Source: Pseudodesulfovibrio piezophilus C1TLV30 (lineage in GTDB: Bacteria > Desulfobacterota > Desulfovibrionia > Desulfovibrionales > Desulfovibrionaceae). Taken from it: a stretch of 32,000 bases of DNA. Positions 1-8,999 of the stretch are shown here, in pieces. The notes below the pieces were generated by a model. That model saw only the letters and a program-made list of their open reading frames with translations, was not told the DNA's origin and searched no databases. Position 1 is the stretch's first letter. Each line of letters starts with the position of its first letter. Made by a program: the position numbers and the translations under genes. The DNA lies in NCBI RefSeq assembly GCF_000341895.1, contig NC_020409.1:1530001-1562000 (forward strand), given 5' to 3'.

Positions 1-1122
1 GTTGATCAGTTCCGTCAGGCGCTCCCCTTCGGAAATAACCACCTGGGTATTCGTATCAATCCGTTTCAGATGCGACGCAATCTCATCAGAACACCCAGTA
101 GCATGTTCGAAGATGTCGAGAATTCTCTTCCGCGTAATCTTGGAAAATCCCAGAATAGACGTTAAGGGTGTCCTGAGTTCATGAGAAACCATTGAAATAA
201 TACTCGACTTAAGCTGGCTGAGGCGTTCGGCTTCCAATTTGGCCTCCCGCAAGGCTGCAAGCGCCTGCCGTCTCGATGTAATATCTTCGGCCATGCCCTC
301 TATGGAGGAAGGCACACCAAGCTCATCACGAACCAATCGGGAAGACAGGGAAAGCCAGCCAGTGGAACCATCCTTCCGGCGATATTCGATTTCAAAGGCC
401 GAGACCTGGCCCCGAGCCGCAAGCCTGCCGAGAAATCGATCCCGATCCCCCTGGTGTACATACAGCTCATTTCCGAGGTCCGTATAGCCCTCCACAGCCT
501 CACGGGGAGAAGAAAACCCGAGAAGACGGGCAAAAGCGGGATTGACCTCCAGCAGCACCCCGTCCATGGAAGATTGATACAACCCTTCCACGGCATTATT
601 GAAAATGGAGCGGTATTTTTCCTCGGCAGCTTCCCGCACCAGAATCTCTCGCTGCAAACGCTGATTGGCAGTGCAGGCCAGACAAGCTCCGGCGAGTTTT
701 CTGTTTATGGGAGCTAAAGCCTTGAGTTCGGGGAGGGAAAATCCCGGATCGCTTTTCACCAGCAGGAGCAAACCGTATCCGGGTAACTCCATGAGATAAT
801 GCCTGAGTCCATCCCGGCATTCCTGCATTGGCAAAGAGAGCAAGAAATCGGACTTCGCTCCCGTCGAAAGCCCGCAAGGAATACTTTCGAGGCTTTCCCT
901 GACCACGCTCTTTCGCTTCAGTCGCTTGGGAATGGAAAAGACCGATTCAAAGGAAGTGGTTTCATCACCTCCTTCTCGATTTTCGAGCACGATTCCCGCC
1001 AGACAATTGAGCTTCCTGAGATACGTTGACAACGCTTCCCTCAGCATAACCTCTAAATCCAGGCTATTGCCGATACCCATGGCTATTTCGTAAAAGATAC
1101 GTTCGCGAAGAAACGAGCTCAC
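1..1122 (-). CDS. Sensor histidine kinase, N-terminal part (GAF-like region, PAS, HisKA). The ATPase domain lies beyond the left window edge.
   Basis: My own reverse-strand translation is open from 1122 down to position 1. It is absent from the ORF track because there is no stop inside the window. It reads ...EEKYRSIFNNAVEGLYQSSMDGVLLEVNPAFARLLGF... (PAS), then ...AEDITSRRQALAALREAKLEAERLSQLKSSIISMVSHELRTPLTSILGFSKI (HisKA H-box). The probable GTG start at 1122-1120 overlaps the upstream TGA (GTGA); an alternative ATG is at 1080. Confidence 0.85.
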   Translation of the reverse strand, partial: MSSFLRERIFYEIAMGIGNSLDLEVMLREALSTYLRKLNCLAGIVLENREGGDETTSFESVFSIPKRLKRKSVVRESLESIPCGLSTGAKSDFLLSLPMQECRDGLRHYLMELPGYGLLLLVKSDPGFSLPELKALAPINRKLAGACLACTANQRLQREILVREAAEEKYRSIFNNAVEGLYQSSMDGVLLEVNPAFARLLGFSSPREAVEGYTDLGNELYVHQGDRDRFLGRLAARGQVSAFEIEYRRKDGSTGWLSLSSRLVRDELGVPSSIEGMAEDITSRRQALAALREAKLEAERLSQLKSSIISMVSHELRTPLTSILGFSKITRKRILDIFEHATGCSDEIASHLKRIDTNTQVVISEGERLTELIN

Positions 1123-2246
1123 GCATCCTCCAGAAAGCCGACCACCGCGGTTTTATTGTAAAATTCGAGGTAATCCTTCCCGCTGTTGGCTATCTCACCA
1201 AGGCTGCATGCACCGGCAAACAGCGTCTCCTCGGGAACCATCGCAACAAGTTCATCTTCAAAGGCATCGTCCAAAAACAGCATGCGGGAAGCACAGTCCA
1301 TAATCAGCCCCAGGCCGGGCCTAACCGATTCCGGCAGGTCTCGTCTGGCCTTGGTCAGAGCCAACCCTGCGGCCTCTATGAGAGTCTTTGGCTGTCCGTG
1401 CAATATGTCCACATAGTCTCCCACCGGAACTTCACCCACGCAGATGAGGTTTCTGTCTCCGTCGAGAGTGATGGGGTCGCGGACAACCCGTTCCGTCCCC
1501 ATCTTGGCGATACCGAAAGGATAGGATTGGGCGATATCAAAAAACGGGCGCGAAATGAATTTTGTCCCGGAATGAGCTTCCACAACCTCTCTATACACCT
1601 CGAAAGCAGGCCGCCAATCCAATGTCTCAATGACATTGCCTCTGGATTCCGTCACCTTGTACGGCCCACTCACAGTAGTCCACCCATGACTAACACCAAT
1701 CCCGCTCCGTGCGGTCAATGCTGCGACCACGGCTCCATCCTGCTTGAGCCCTTCATTGGTGATGATGCAGGGCTTTTGTTGAAGGGAAAGCGATCCTGCT
1801 CCACCGCCGATATAGTTGATTTCGAGGCCGAAAACAGCATAGAGCGCATCAATGAACGCGCCAATTCGACTGGAAAGGCCATCCACCAGAATCATCAAGG
1901 TCTGCAACTGGTCGTCATCCTGAACCATCTCGTCGAGAACCTCTTCGAAATCCATATCGCTGCGACTCATGCCAGGGATAAAATCCACTCGGGCTTCCTC
2001 TTCCATGGAGATGACCACACTTCCTTTCGACAAAGGAACCCTGCCATGAAAAACCAAAGGGAACACCCCCCCGAAGACAGACACCGGAAGCCTGAGAAGG
2101 AAGTCATCAATCGATTCCTTCGTATACCCGTTGTCATCGCATGCCATGATCATCAAACACTTTGCCTTTCCATCGGCAAGCGCCTTATCAACCACTGCTT
2201 CAAGGCTTTTGACCGTCCCTTCGGTCTCTGAATAAACACGCATCAT
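1119..2246 (-). CDS. Stand-alone FIST-domain signal-sensing protein (FIST_N + FIST_C)
   Basis: The 414-aa ORF track entry is 1119..2363 and begins with TTG. The body (CLMIMACDDNGY..., INYIGGGAGSL..., SYPFGIAK..., GACSLGEIA) matches FIST architecture as I know it. I prefer the ATGATG start at 2246/2243 (MMRVYSETEG...), which follows a purine-rich GAAGGCAGGG. The longer 2363 start is possible. Confidence 0.8.
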   Translation of the reverse strand: MMRVYSETEGTVKSLEAVVDKALADGKAKCLMIMACDDNGYTKESIDDFLLRLPVSVFGGVFPLVFHGRVPLSKGSVVISMEEEARVDFIPGMSRSDMDFEEVLDEMVQDDDQLQTLMILVDGLSSRIGAFIDALYAVFGLEINYIGGGAGSLSLQQKPCIITNEGLKQDGAVVAALTARSGIGVSHGWTTVSGPYKVTESRGNVIETLDWRPAFEVYREVVEAHSGTKFISRPFFDIAQSYPFGIAKMGTERVVRDPITLDGDRNLICVGEVPVGDYVDILHGQPKTLIEAAGLALTKARRDLPESVRPGLGLIMDCASRMLFLDDAFEDELVAMVPEETLFAGACSLGEIANSGKDYLEFYNKTAVVGFLEDA

Positions 2247-2480
2247 ACCCTGCCTTCGGAAAGAGTCTTGAAGAGTGGGCCGATCCCCTCCGCCTTTCGC
2301 AGAATTCACTATCAGACCCCCCAGGGGAAAGCCATGATAAAACAGGCCGAAAACCATTGACAACGCACAAATTCATCTCCAAAAAACAGACAACAAAACC
2401 TGCCGGAACAGTGGCAAAAAAGGCCATTTTTTGCTACCGTTGACGGGAGCTTTAAAAAACCTTCTCAAACAGAGAGCCTC

Positions 2481-5400
2481 ATGCTGACTTTTCTTGACAA
2501 AATCCCTTATGCCACTCCCCGGAGCCGCCGCGTCTGCTTTTGGCTCATCGTCATTTTTCTTTGCTACGTCCTGGCTGGATTCTTCGTCCTCCCCCCAATC
2601 ATCGAATCTGCGATTCAAGAGCAAGGCAGCATTCAGCTTCACCGGAATACTTCCGTCGAAAAAGTGACTTTCAATCCCCTGACCCTTCGATTGGAAATAC
2701 AGAACCTTGAAATCAAAAAAAGTGAAGATGAGGGGCACCTGCTTTCACTGGGATTCATGTCTCTGCGGCCCAGTCTCGCTTCATTGTGGCGATTCGCCCC
2801 AATCATTGCGGACCTCTCGCTCCGCAATATGACCGTGGATGTTACGTTCTTCGGCGATGGGAAGTACTCCATATCGGACCTGATTCCTCCAGCTCAACCC
2901 ACTCCCCCGACCACGCCAGAGACAAAATCAGATAACGAGATGGTCCCCTTCGCGCTTCATGGTTTTGAAATGGACAACGCCACCATCATCTTTGACGACA
3001 AACCCCATAACAAACGTCATGTCATCTCCCAACTGACCATGATGATCCCTTTTACATCGAGCTTTCTCGATGACCGGAAACAATTCATGCAGCCGAAATT
3101 CACTGCGGTGGTCAATGGTGACCCTTTTGAATTGAAAGGAAAAATCCTGCCCTTTGATAATTCCCTGCGTACGGAATTCCAACTCGGAGCTATGGATATC
3201 GACCTTGGTCAGTATTGGGGATATCTTCCTTTCGAGACTCCTCTGAAGCTCGCAACGGGACGTTTTACATCAGATATTTCTCTCTTCTTTGACCGACCGG
3301 ATACGAAGCAGATACATCTTTTCCTTGGCGGCGGCGGTTCTATCGACGACTTTTCCCTGACAGCTCCCGGGGAAGGAACTGTCCTTTCTTTCAAGAAAAT
3401 CTCTTTTGATATGGAGAATTTTTCACTGGGGAGTCACGAGCTGAGTATGACCGATCTGACTGTTGATCACCCATACTGCAAGATCATAAAGAACAAGGAC
3501 AACTCCCTCAATTGGCAGCAGTATGCCCTTGCGGAGCAAAAAACAGAACCGACTTCCAGTAAAAATGACAAGGACGACTCCCGGCTGCTTCTGGACCTGC
3601 ACTCCCTCGCGGTGAAAACAGGGGTCGTGGATTGGGTGGATCGGTCCCTGCCTGAAGAATTCAAACGAAGCTTCAATGAAATAACGCTCACTGGAAGGGA
3701 CATCTCCACTCGCAAGGACACACCCGGCACATTTTCCCTTTCCGTCGGGAACACGGAGCGCATCGTGGCGGACGGCTCTCTCACTCTTGACCCCATTGAG
3801 GCTCAGTCAAATCTCCACCTGAACGGTCTAGATATTCCCACCCTCAATCCATATATTGGACGGGAATTCCCCATTATCGCGGACTCCGGCTCCCTGACTG
3901 CCCAGGCCTCCTTCCGGCTCAAGGTTTCAGAGACTCCTCTTGAGCTCGACGTGGGTAACGGCACCTTGACCTTCTCCGACTTCGCACTCCGTATACCTGA
4001 AAACCCCACCCCAAGCCTGGATTTCAAGACCCTAACCTTTGCAGGAACAACACTCTCCCTGGCAAGCCAGGCTCTGACCATCGCTGACATTTCCCTGGTC
4101 AAACCAACCATCAGGATTGAACGGGACAAATCAGGAACCCTTGATCTCATTGATATATTTAATAAAAAAATGGAACCCTCCCAAACCGGCAAGGACTCGA
4201 AAGCAACCACCGAGAAAGAAGTCGAATGGAAAGCAGACATCACCGCATTCCATATGCAAGAGGGAAAAATTCTTTTCAAGGACCAAACTCTCAGCCGCAC
4301 GACCACCATGGATTTGAATGCCATCAAAGCTGACATCAACGGAATGTCAACCTATTCCCCAAAGCCTGTGACCTATGAAATCGCATCCGGATGGGGAAAG
4401 AATGGACATATCACCGCTCTGGGCCGAGTGGCATTGAACTCTCTGAAAGGGAAAGGCACACTGCGGGTCAAAAATGCCAACCTGGATGCTTTGGACCCGA
4501 TCCTCGGAGAATACACGGAATTACTCTTTGCCGGTGGGACCGCCTATGCCGATCTTCAGTATTCCCATAATGGACAGGGCACTCTGCATTTTTCCGTACA
4601 GGGGAATGCGGGAGTCAAAAAAGTCAGCCTCAAGGACAAAACAGGGCATGGAGAACTAACCGGAATCGAATCTTTGGACTTCGCAGATATCAATTTCACC
4701 AACGAACCATATCGCCTGACCATTGCATCCATCGGACTGAATGGACCACGAGCGAGCGTGGAGTTCAACGAAAAAGGACAACTGAATATTCGACGAGCTT
4801 TTCATATACCGGAACCGTCTTCTGAAACAGAGGCTGAGACAGCCCCTACCAAAGAAGCTGAAAAGGATACCGGAACATCGGTGTCCCCTCGTGCTGACGC
4901 CGAGAATGGGACACCAACCTCCCCCAAAACTTTTCTCGAGACGTTGAAGATAGGAAAAGTCACCATGCAAAACGGAAAGATATCCTTGCGTGACGCCTCT
5001 GTTTCACCGACCTACACAACAGAAATAAACGACATCAAACTCAATCTCACAGAGATTACACAAGCCAGGGAAACACGTCCGCGCATGACACTCAGTGCGG
5101 CAGTTGGTCCTACACCGGTTGCTGTCACGGGAGTACTCAATCCGATCATCACTCCAATCTATTCGGACCTCAACATCTCCATGAAAGGCCTGGAACTGGT
5201 CCCCCTGTCTCCCTATACAGTCAGGAGTTTGGCCTATCCCATAGAAAAGGGACGCCTGTCTGCCGATGTCAAATTCAAGACTGAGAACTGGGTACTTTCG
5301 GCAGATAACACATTTTTCATCGAACAACTGATTCTGGGTGCCAAAGACAAACGACCGAATGCTCCCAGTGTCCCTGTCAAATTCGGTCTGGCCCTACTTC

Positions 5401-6134
5401 AGGACAGCAATGGAGACATGGAGCTGAATCTCCCCATTCGCGGCCGTCTGGATGACCCGGATTTCCGCATTGGCGGAATCGTTTTCCGTGCCATTACCTC
5501 CCTGTTTGTCAAGGCTTTGGCTTCACCCTTCTCACTTATCGGATCTATCTTCGGTGGAGGGGGCGAAAATATGGATTTCGTCGTTTTCGAACCGGGTAAG
5601 CATTCCCTGGATGCAGCAGGCAAACGGAAACTGGAGGCGACCATCAAAGCCCTTAGTCAACGGTCGGCTCTCAAACTCGAAATCGACGGTGGTATTGACC
5701 CAATCGCCGATTCTCAAGGATTACAGGACGTCATATTCGACAACAAACTCAAACAACAGAAATATGACTCTCTCTCACGCAAGGAACGTGCGGCTACCAC
5801 GGTCGAAGAGCTGACCATAGCCCCGGATGAATATGAAGAATTCCTCTTTGAAGCATACAAGGAAGAGCCTGATCCTGATGATATAAGGCCAACAACCTTG
5901 TTCATGGTTGACATCCAACCCGTCCCGATCATGGAAAAATTCATCCAGGACCACATCATAATCACAAAAAATCTTCTGGATGAACTGGCCATGCAACGAG
6001 CTGCTGCCGTAAAGACTTATATCCTCACTCAAAACCCGTCTCTGGCCGAGCGAGTGTACCTTCTCGACAAGCATAGTGAAACAACAAAAAAAGCAGGAGT
6101 GCCCCAATACAGAGCCGATCTCGGCATACGATGA
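2481..6134 (+). CDS. DUF748 / AsmA-like large envelope protein (1217 aa)
   Basis: It has a single N-terminal TM helix (VCFWLIVIFLCYVLAGFFVLPPII), followed by a long beta-rich body. A conserved-looking C-terminal segment reads LPIRGRLDDPDFRIGGIVFRAITSLFVKALASPFSLIG. Pro/Thr- and Glu-rich low-complexity linkers are present. The family assignment is from memory. Confidence 0.75.
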   Translation: MLTFLDKIPYATPRSRRVCFWLIVIFLCYVLAGFFVLPPIIESAIQEQGSIQLHRNTSVEKVTFNPLTLRLEIQNLEIKKSEDEGHLLSLGFMSLRPSLASLWRFAPIIADLSLRNMTVDVTFFGDGKYSISDLIPPAQPTPPTTPETKSDNEMVPFALHGFEMDNATIIFDDKPHNKRHVISQLTMMIPFTSSFLDDRKQFMQPKFTAVVNGDPFELKGKILPFDNSLRTEFQLGAMDIDLGQYWGYLPFETPLKLATGRFTSDISLFFDRPDTKQIHLFLGGGGSIDDFSLTAPGEGTVLSFKKISFDMENFSLGSHELSMTDLTVDHPYCKIIKNKDNSLNWQQYALAEQKTEPTSSKNDKDDSRLLLDLHSLAVKTGVVDWVDRSLPEEFKRSFNEITLTGRDISTRKDTPGTFSLSVGNTERIVADGSLTLDPIEAQSNLHLNGLDIPTLNPYIGREFPIIADSGSLTAQASFRLKVSETPLELDVGNGTLTFSDFALRIPENPTPSLDFKTLTFAGTTLSLASQALTIADISLVKPTIRIERDKSGTLDLIDIFNKKMEPSQTGKDSKATTEKEVEWKADITAFHMQEGKILFKDQTLSRTTTMDLNAIKADINGMSTYSPKPVTYEIASGWGKNGHITALGRVALNSLKGKGTLRVKNANLDALDPILGEYTELLFAGGTAYADLQYSHNGQGTLHFSVQGNAGVKKVSLKDKTGHGELTGIESLDFADINFTNEPYRLTIASIGLNGPRASVEFNEKGQLNIRRAFHIPEPSSETEAETAPTKEAEKDTGTSVSPRADAENGTPTSPKTFLETLKIGKVTMQNGKISLRDASVSPTYTTEINDIKLNLTEITQARETRPRMTLSAAVGPTPVAVTGVLNPIITPIYSDLNISMKGLELVPLSPYTVRSLAYPIEKGRLSADVKFKTENWVLSADNTFFIEQLILGAKDKRPNAPSVPVKFGLALLQDSNGDMELNLPIRGRLDDPDFRIGGIVFRAITSLFVKALASPFSLIGSIFGGGGENMDFVVFEPGKHSLDAAGKRKLEATIKALSQRSALKLEIDGGIDPIADSQGLQDVIFDNKLKQQKYDSLSRKERAATTVEELTIAPDEYEEFLFEAYKEEPDPDDIRPTTLFMVDIQPVPIMEKFIQDHIIITKNLLDELAMQRAAAVKTYILTQNPSLAERVYLLDKHSETTKKAGVPQYRADLGIR

Positions 6135-6215
6135 GCCGCACATATTTATAACTGCCTCCAGCTGAAATTTAAGACATATTAGTCCATAATGGAATCTCGC
6201 GCGGAGTCATGAAAC

Positions 6216-8999
6216 ATGGGTAGAAGAGCTTCAGAGACAAGACTCATTCCAACTCTCACTGCAACAGCGATCTTTTTCGGACTGATGCTGTTTGCTGCTG
6301 GAGGAAATGCAGCTCCGCCATCCCGAACACGGCCCCTTCTTGTCCAACTCAAATGGACACATCAATTCCAGTTTGCCGGGTACTATGCAGCCAAGGCCAA
6401 AGGGTATTATGAGGAAAGGGGAATTGATGTCATCCTGAGGGAGAGCCTCCCTGGCACCGATGTAACTGAAGAAGTTCTAGCTGGCAGAGCAGACTTCGGC
6501 ATCGGAGACTCGAGACTCCTGCTCGACTACAATCAAGGAAAACCTGTTGTCGTCATCGGCGCAATTTTCCAGCATTCTCCCAATGTCATCGTCACCATGG
6601 CATCATCCGGTATCAAGGTGCCACGCGATCTTCGCGGAAAACGCGTAATGCTCAAGGGAAGCACTGTGGCCCCTCTGTGGGCCATGCTCGCCCAGCAGGG
6701 AATCACCCGCGATGAAATGGTCCTGCAAACTCTCTCCAGGTCACTGGATGATCTCATCAACGGTGAGACCGACGCCATCCCTGCTTATATCACGGACCAG
6801 CCCTACCGCCTGCAATTGATGGAACATGAAATCAATATCATCAATCCATTGACATATGGCATTGATTTTTATGGAGACTGTCTTTTCACTTCCTTTCCCT
6901 TCGCTCGCAAAAATCCCGAGCTTGTCGAACAATTCGCCAAAGCAACGTACAAGGGATGGGTATACGCAATGACTCACACAGAGGAAATCATTGAGCTTAT
7001 CCGTCTGAAATATAATTCCCAACGAAGTCTCGGGGAACTCCGCTATGAAGCCGAAACAATGCAGAGGCTGATTTTCCCCAAGCTCATATCCGTAGGGTCC
7101 ATGAATCGAAAGCGATGGGAACTTATTGGTGAGGCCTATAAAACCATTGGGATAATACAGGACACACACCCTCTCGATGATTTTATTTATATATCCAAAG
7201 ATCGCAGACGGGCGGAAACTTTTGCCAGGTGGATGCCGTATATGGTCATCGCGGCCGGATTGATAGTCGCGGCAGCCCTGTCTCTGCTGCTCTTCAACCG
7301 TCGCCTCAAACGGGGCATCGACAAGCGAACCAAGGAGTTGAACAGGAATCGCGAGAGCTTGCGACAGGTTATCGACCTGGTCCCGAACATGATCTATGCA
7401 AAAAATAGAGAAGGCCGATTCATCCTCCTGAACAGAACCATGGCAGAAAGTCTCGGGCAATCCATCGAAGCTCTGACTGGCAGCATTCATGCCCATGTCC
7501 ACCCGGACACGACACAGATCATTCAAATGCAGGCTGATGAGAACATGGTTCTTCAAACGAATTTTCCCAAGGTGGTCATGGAAGAGCCGTATCTTCATGC
7601 CGACGGAACGCTGCATTGGCTTCAGACAACACGGCTCCCGTATATACCGGCGGACTCCGATGAACCGGCTGTCCTGATCCTATCCGTGGACATCACCAAA
7701 CGACGCGAATCTGAAGCCGCACTCAAAAGCAGTGCGGAACGTTTCAGCGCCATATTTAACCAGACATACCAATTCTCTGCCATTCTCAGCCTGGATGGAA
7801 CCCTTATTCAGGTCAACGAAGCGATCCTTGATGCCTTTGAGGTCACTTCTGAACACATCCTCAACAAACCCTATTGGGAAACACCCTGGTGGGGAAGAAA
7901 TGAGTCCATGCAGACCTGGCTGAAACAGGCCATAAAAAGTGCAGCGACAGGGGAAGTGGTCAGAAAGATAGCGACTCATGAACTTGCTTCTGGCAGTCAT
8001 ATGGTCGTGGAATTCACCCTCAAGCCTGCCACCAATGAAGAAGGTGAGATTCTCTTTCTCATTGCCGAAGGACGGGATATCACTTCCTTGAAAAATACTG
8101 AGGAGAAACTGCGACACCTCAATGAACAATTGGAACTTCGGGTTGCCGAGCGCACACGCAATCTTGAAGAAGCAAAACATGAACTTGAGACTTCATTGGA
8201 ACAATTGCATCAAACCCAGGAAGAACTGGTGCTCTCCGAAAAGCTTGCCGCTCTGGGAGGCCTGGTGGCCGGAGTCGCACACGAAATCAATACGCCTCTT
8301 GGCATCGGAGTCACCGCCAGTTCCTTTCTCCAGGAACGAATCATGGAACTGGCCCAGAAATTCGATACGGGCGATCTTAAAAAGTCGGACCTGAAACGCT
8401 TTATCGACATAGGCAAAGAATCCTCCACGAGTATTCTGACAAACCTCGGCAGGGCCGCAGAACTCATCAAGAGCTTCAAACAGGTCGCGGCAGACCAATC
8501 CTCTGAACAACCCAGAAAATTCAATCTCAGGGAATATGTTGATGAAGTCCTTTTAAGTCTGAGGCCCAAATACAAGCGAACAACCCACAGCATCGAAAAC
8601 CATTGCCCGGATATCGAACTCTTCAGTTATCCTGGTGCCATTATGCAGATCATCACCAATCTCTTGGTCAATTCCCTGACACACGCCTACCCGGATGGCT
8701 CGTCAGGAAGAATGATCATGGGAGGTGAGGTCAAAAAGGATATGCTCCTTTTCACATACAGTGATGATGGAATCGGCCTTGAGAAAGAGGCTGAAGACAA
8801 AATTTTCGAACCGTTTTATACTACGAAACGGGGTGAAGGCGGCACCGGTCTTGGCCTGCATATCGTTTTCAATACCGTTACCCAGACGCTGGGCGGTTCC
8901 ATTCAATTCGAAAGTTCGCCAGGTGAAGGCATCAAGTACGTAATTACCATGCCACTCAACCGGAGTCATGGCTCCGAAGAACAGGAAAATCCAGCATGA
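6216..8999 (+). CDS. Hybrid-architecture sensor histidine kinase: periplasmic NMT1/SsuA-like solute-binding domain, TM, 2 PAS, HisKA, HATPase
   Basis: Signal/TM region, then LLVQLKWTHQFQFAGYYAAKAKGYYEERGIDV (SBP-like). A second TM follows (MPYMVIAAGLIVAAALSLLLF), then PAS segments. The H-box is LVAGVAHEINTPLGIG, and the G-boxes are DDGIGL and GGTGLGLHIV. A GGAG lies 9 nt upstream of the ATG. Confidence 0.9.
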   Translation: MGRRASETRLIPTLTATAIFFGLMLFAAGGNAAPPSRTRPLLVQLKWTHQFQFAGYYAAKAKGYYEERGIDVILRESLPGTDVTEEVLAGRADFGIGDSRLLLDYNQGKPVVVIGAIFQHSPNVIVTMASSGIKVPRDLRGKRVMLKGSTVAPLWAMLAQQGITRDEMVLQTLSRSLDDLINGETDAIPAYITDQPYRLQLMEHEINIINPLTYGIDFYGDCLFTSFPFARKNPELVEQFAKATYKGWVYAMTHTEEIIELIRLKYNSQRSLGELRYEAETMQRLIFPKLISVGSMNRKRWELIGEAYKTIGIIQDTHPLDDFIYISKDRRRAETFARWMPYMVIAAGLIVAAALSLLLFNRRLKRGIDKRTKELNRNRESLRQVIDLVPNMIYAKNREGRFILLNRTMAESLGQSIEALTGSIHAHVHPDTTQIIQMQADENMVLQTNFPKVVMEEPYLHADGTLHWLQTTRLPYIPADSDEPAVLILSVDITKRRESEAALKSSAERFSAIFNQTYQFSAILSLDGTLIQVNEAILDAFEVTSEHILNKPYWETPWWGRNESMQTWLKQAIKSAATGEVVRKIATHELASGSHMVVEFTLKPATNEEGEILFLIAEGRDITSLKNTEEKLRHLNEQLELRVAERTRNLEEAKHELETSLEQLHQTQEELVLSEKLAALGGLVAGVAHEINTPLGIGVTASSFLQERIMELAQKFDTGDLKKSDLKRFIDIGKESSTSILTNLGRAAELIKSFKQVAADQSSEQPRKFNLREYVDEVLLSLRPKYKRTTHSIENHCPDIELFSYPGAIMQIITNLLVNSLTHAYPDGSSGRMIMGGEVKKDMLLFTYSDDGIGLEKEAEDKIFEPFYTTKRGEGGTGLGLHIVFNTVTQTLGGSIQFESSPGEGIKYVITMPLNRSHGSEEQENPA

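Noticed and set aside
1398-2231. 277-aa plus-strand ORF
   Set aside because: It is entirely antisense to the well-supported FIST gene. Its His/Pro/Arg-rich composition is odd, and I recognise no motif. It is a typical shadow ORF.
2412-2435. TGGCA...TTTTTTGC, which at first looked like a sigma54 promoter in the FIST/DUF748 divergent region
   Set aside because: The spacing is wrong for -24/-12. The sequence is better described as an 8-bp A/T hairpin (GCAAAAAA-GGCCA-TTTTTTGC) of unknown significance.
6741-7616. 291-aa minus-strand ORF
   Set aside because: It is antisense within the sensor kinase gene and has no recognisable domain. It is a shadow ORF.
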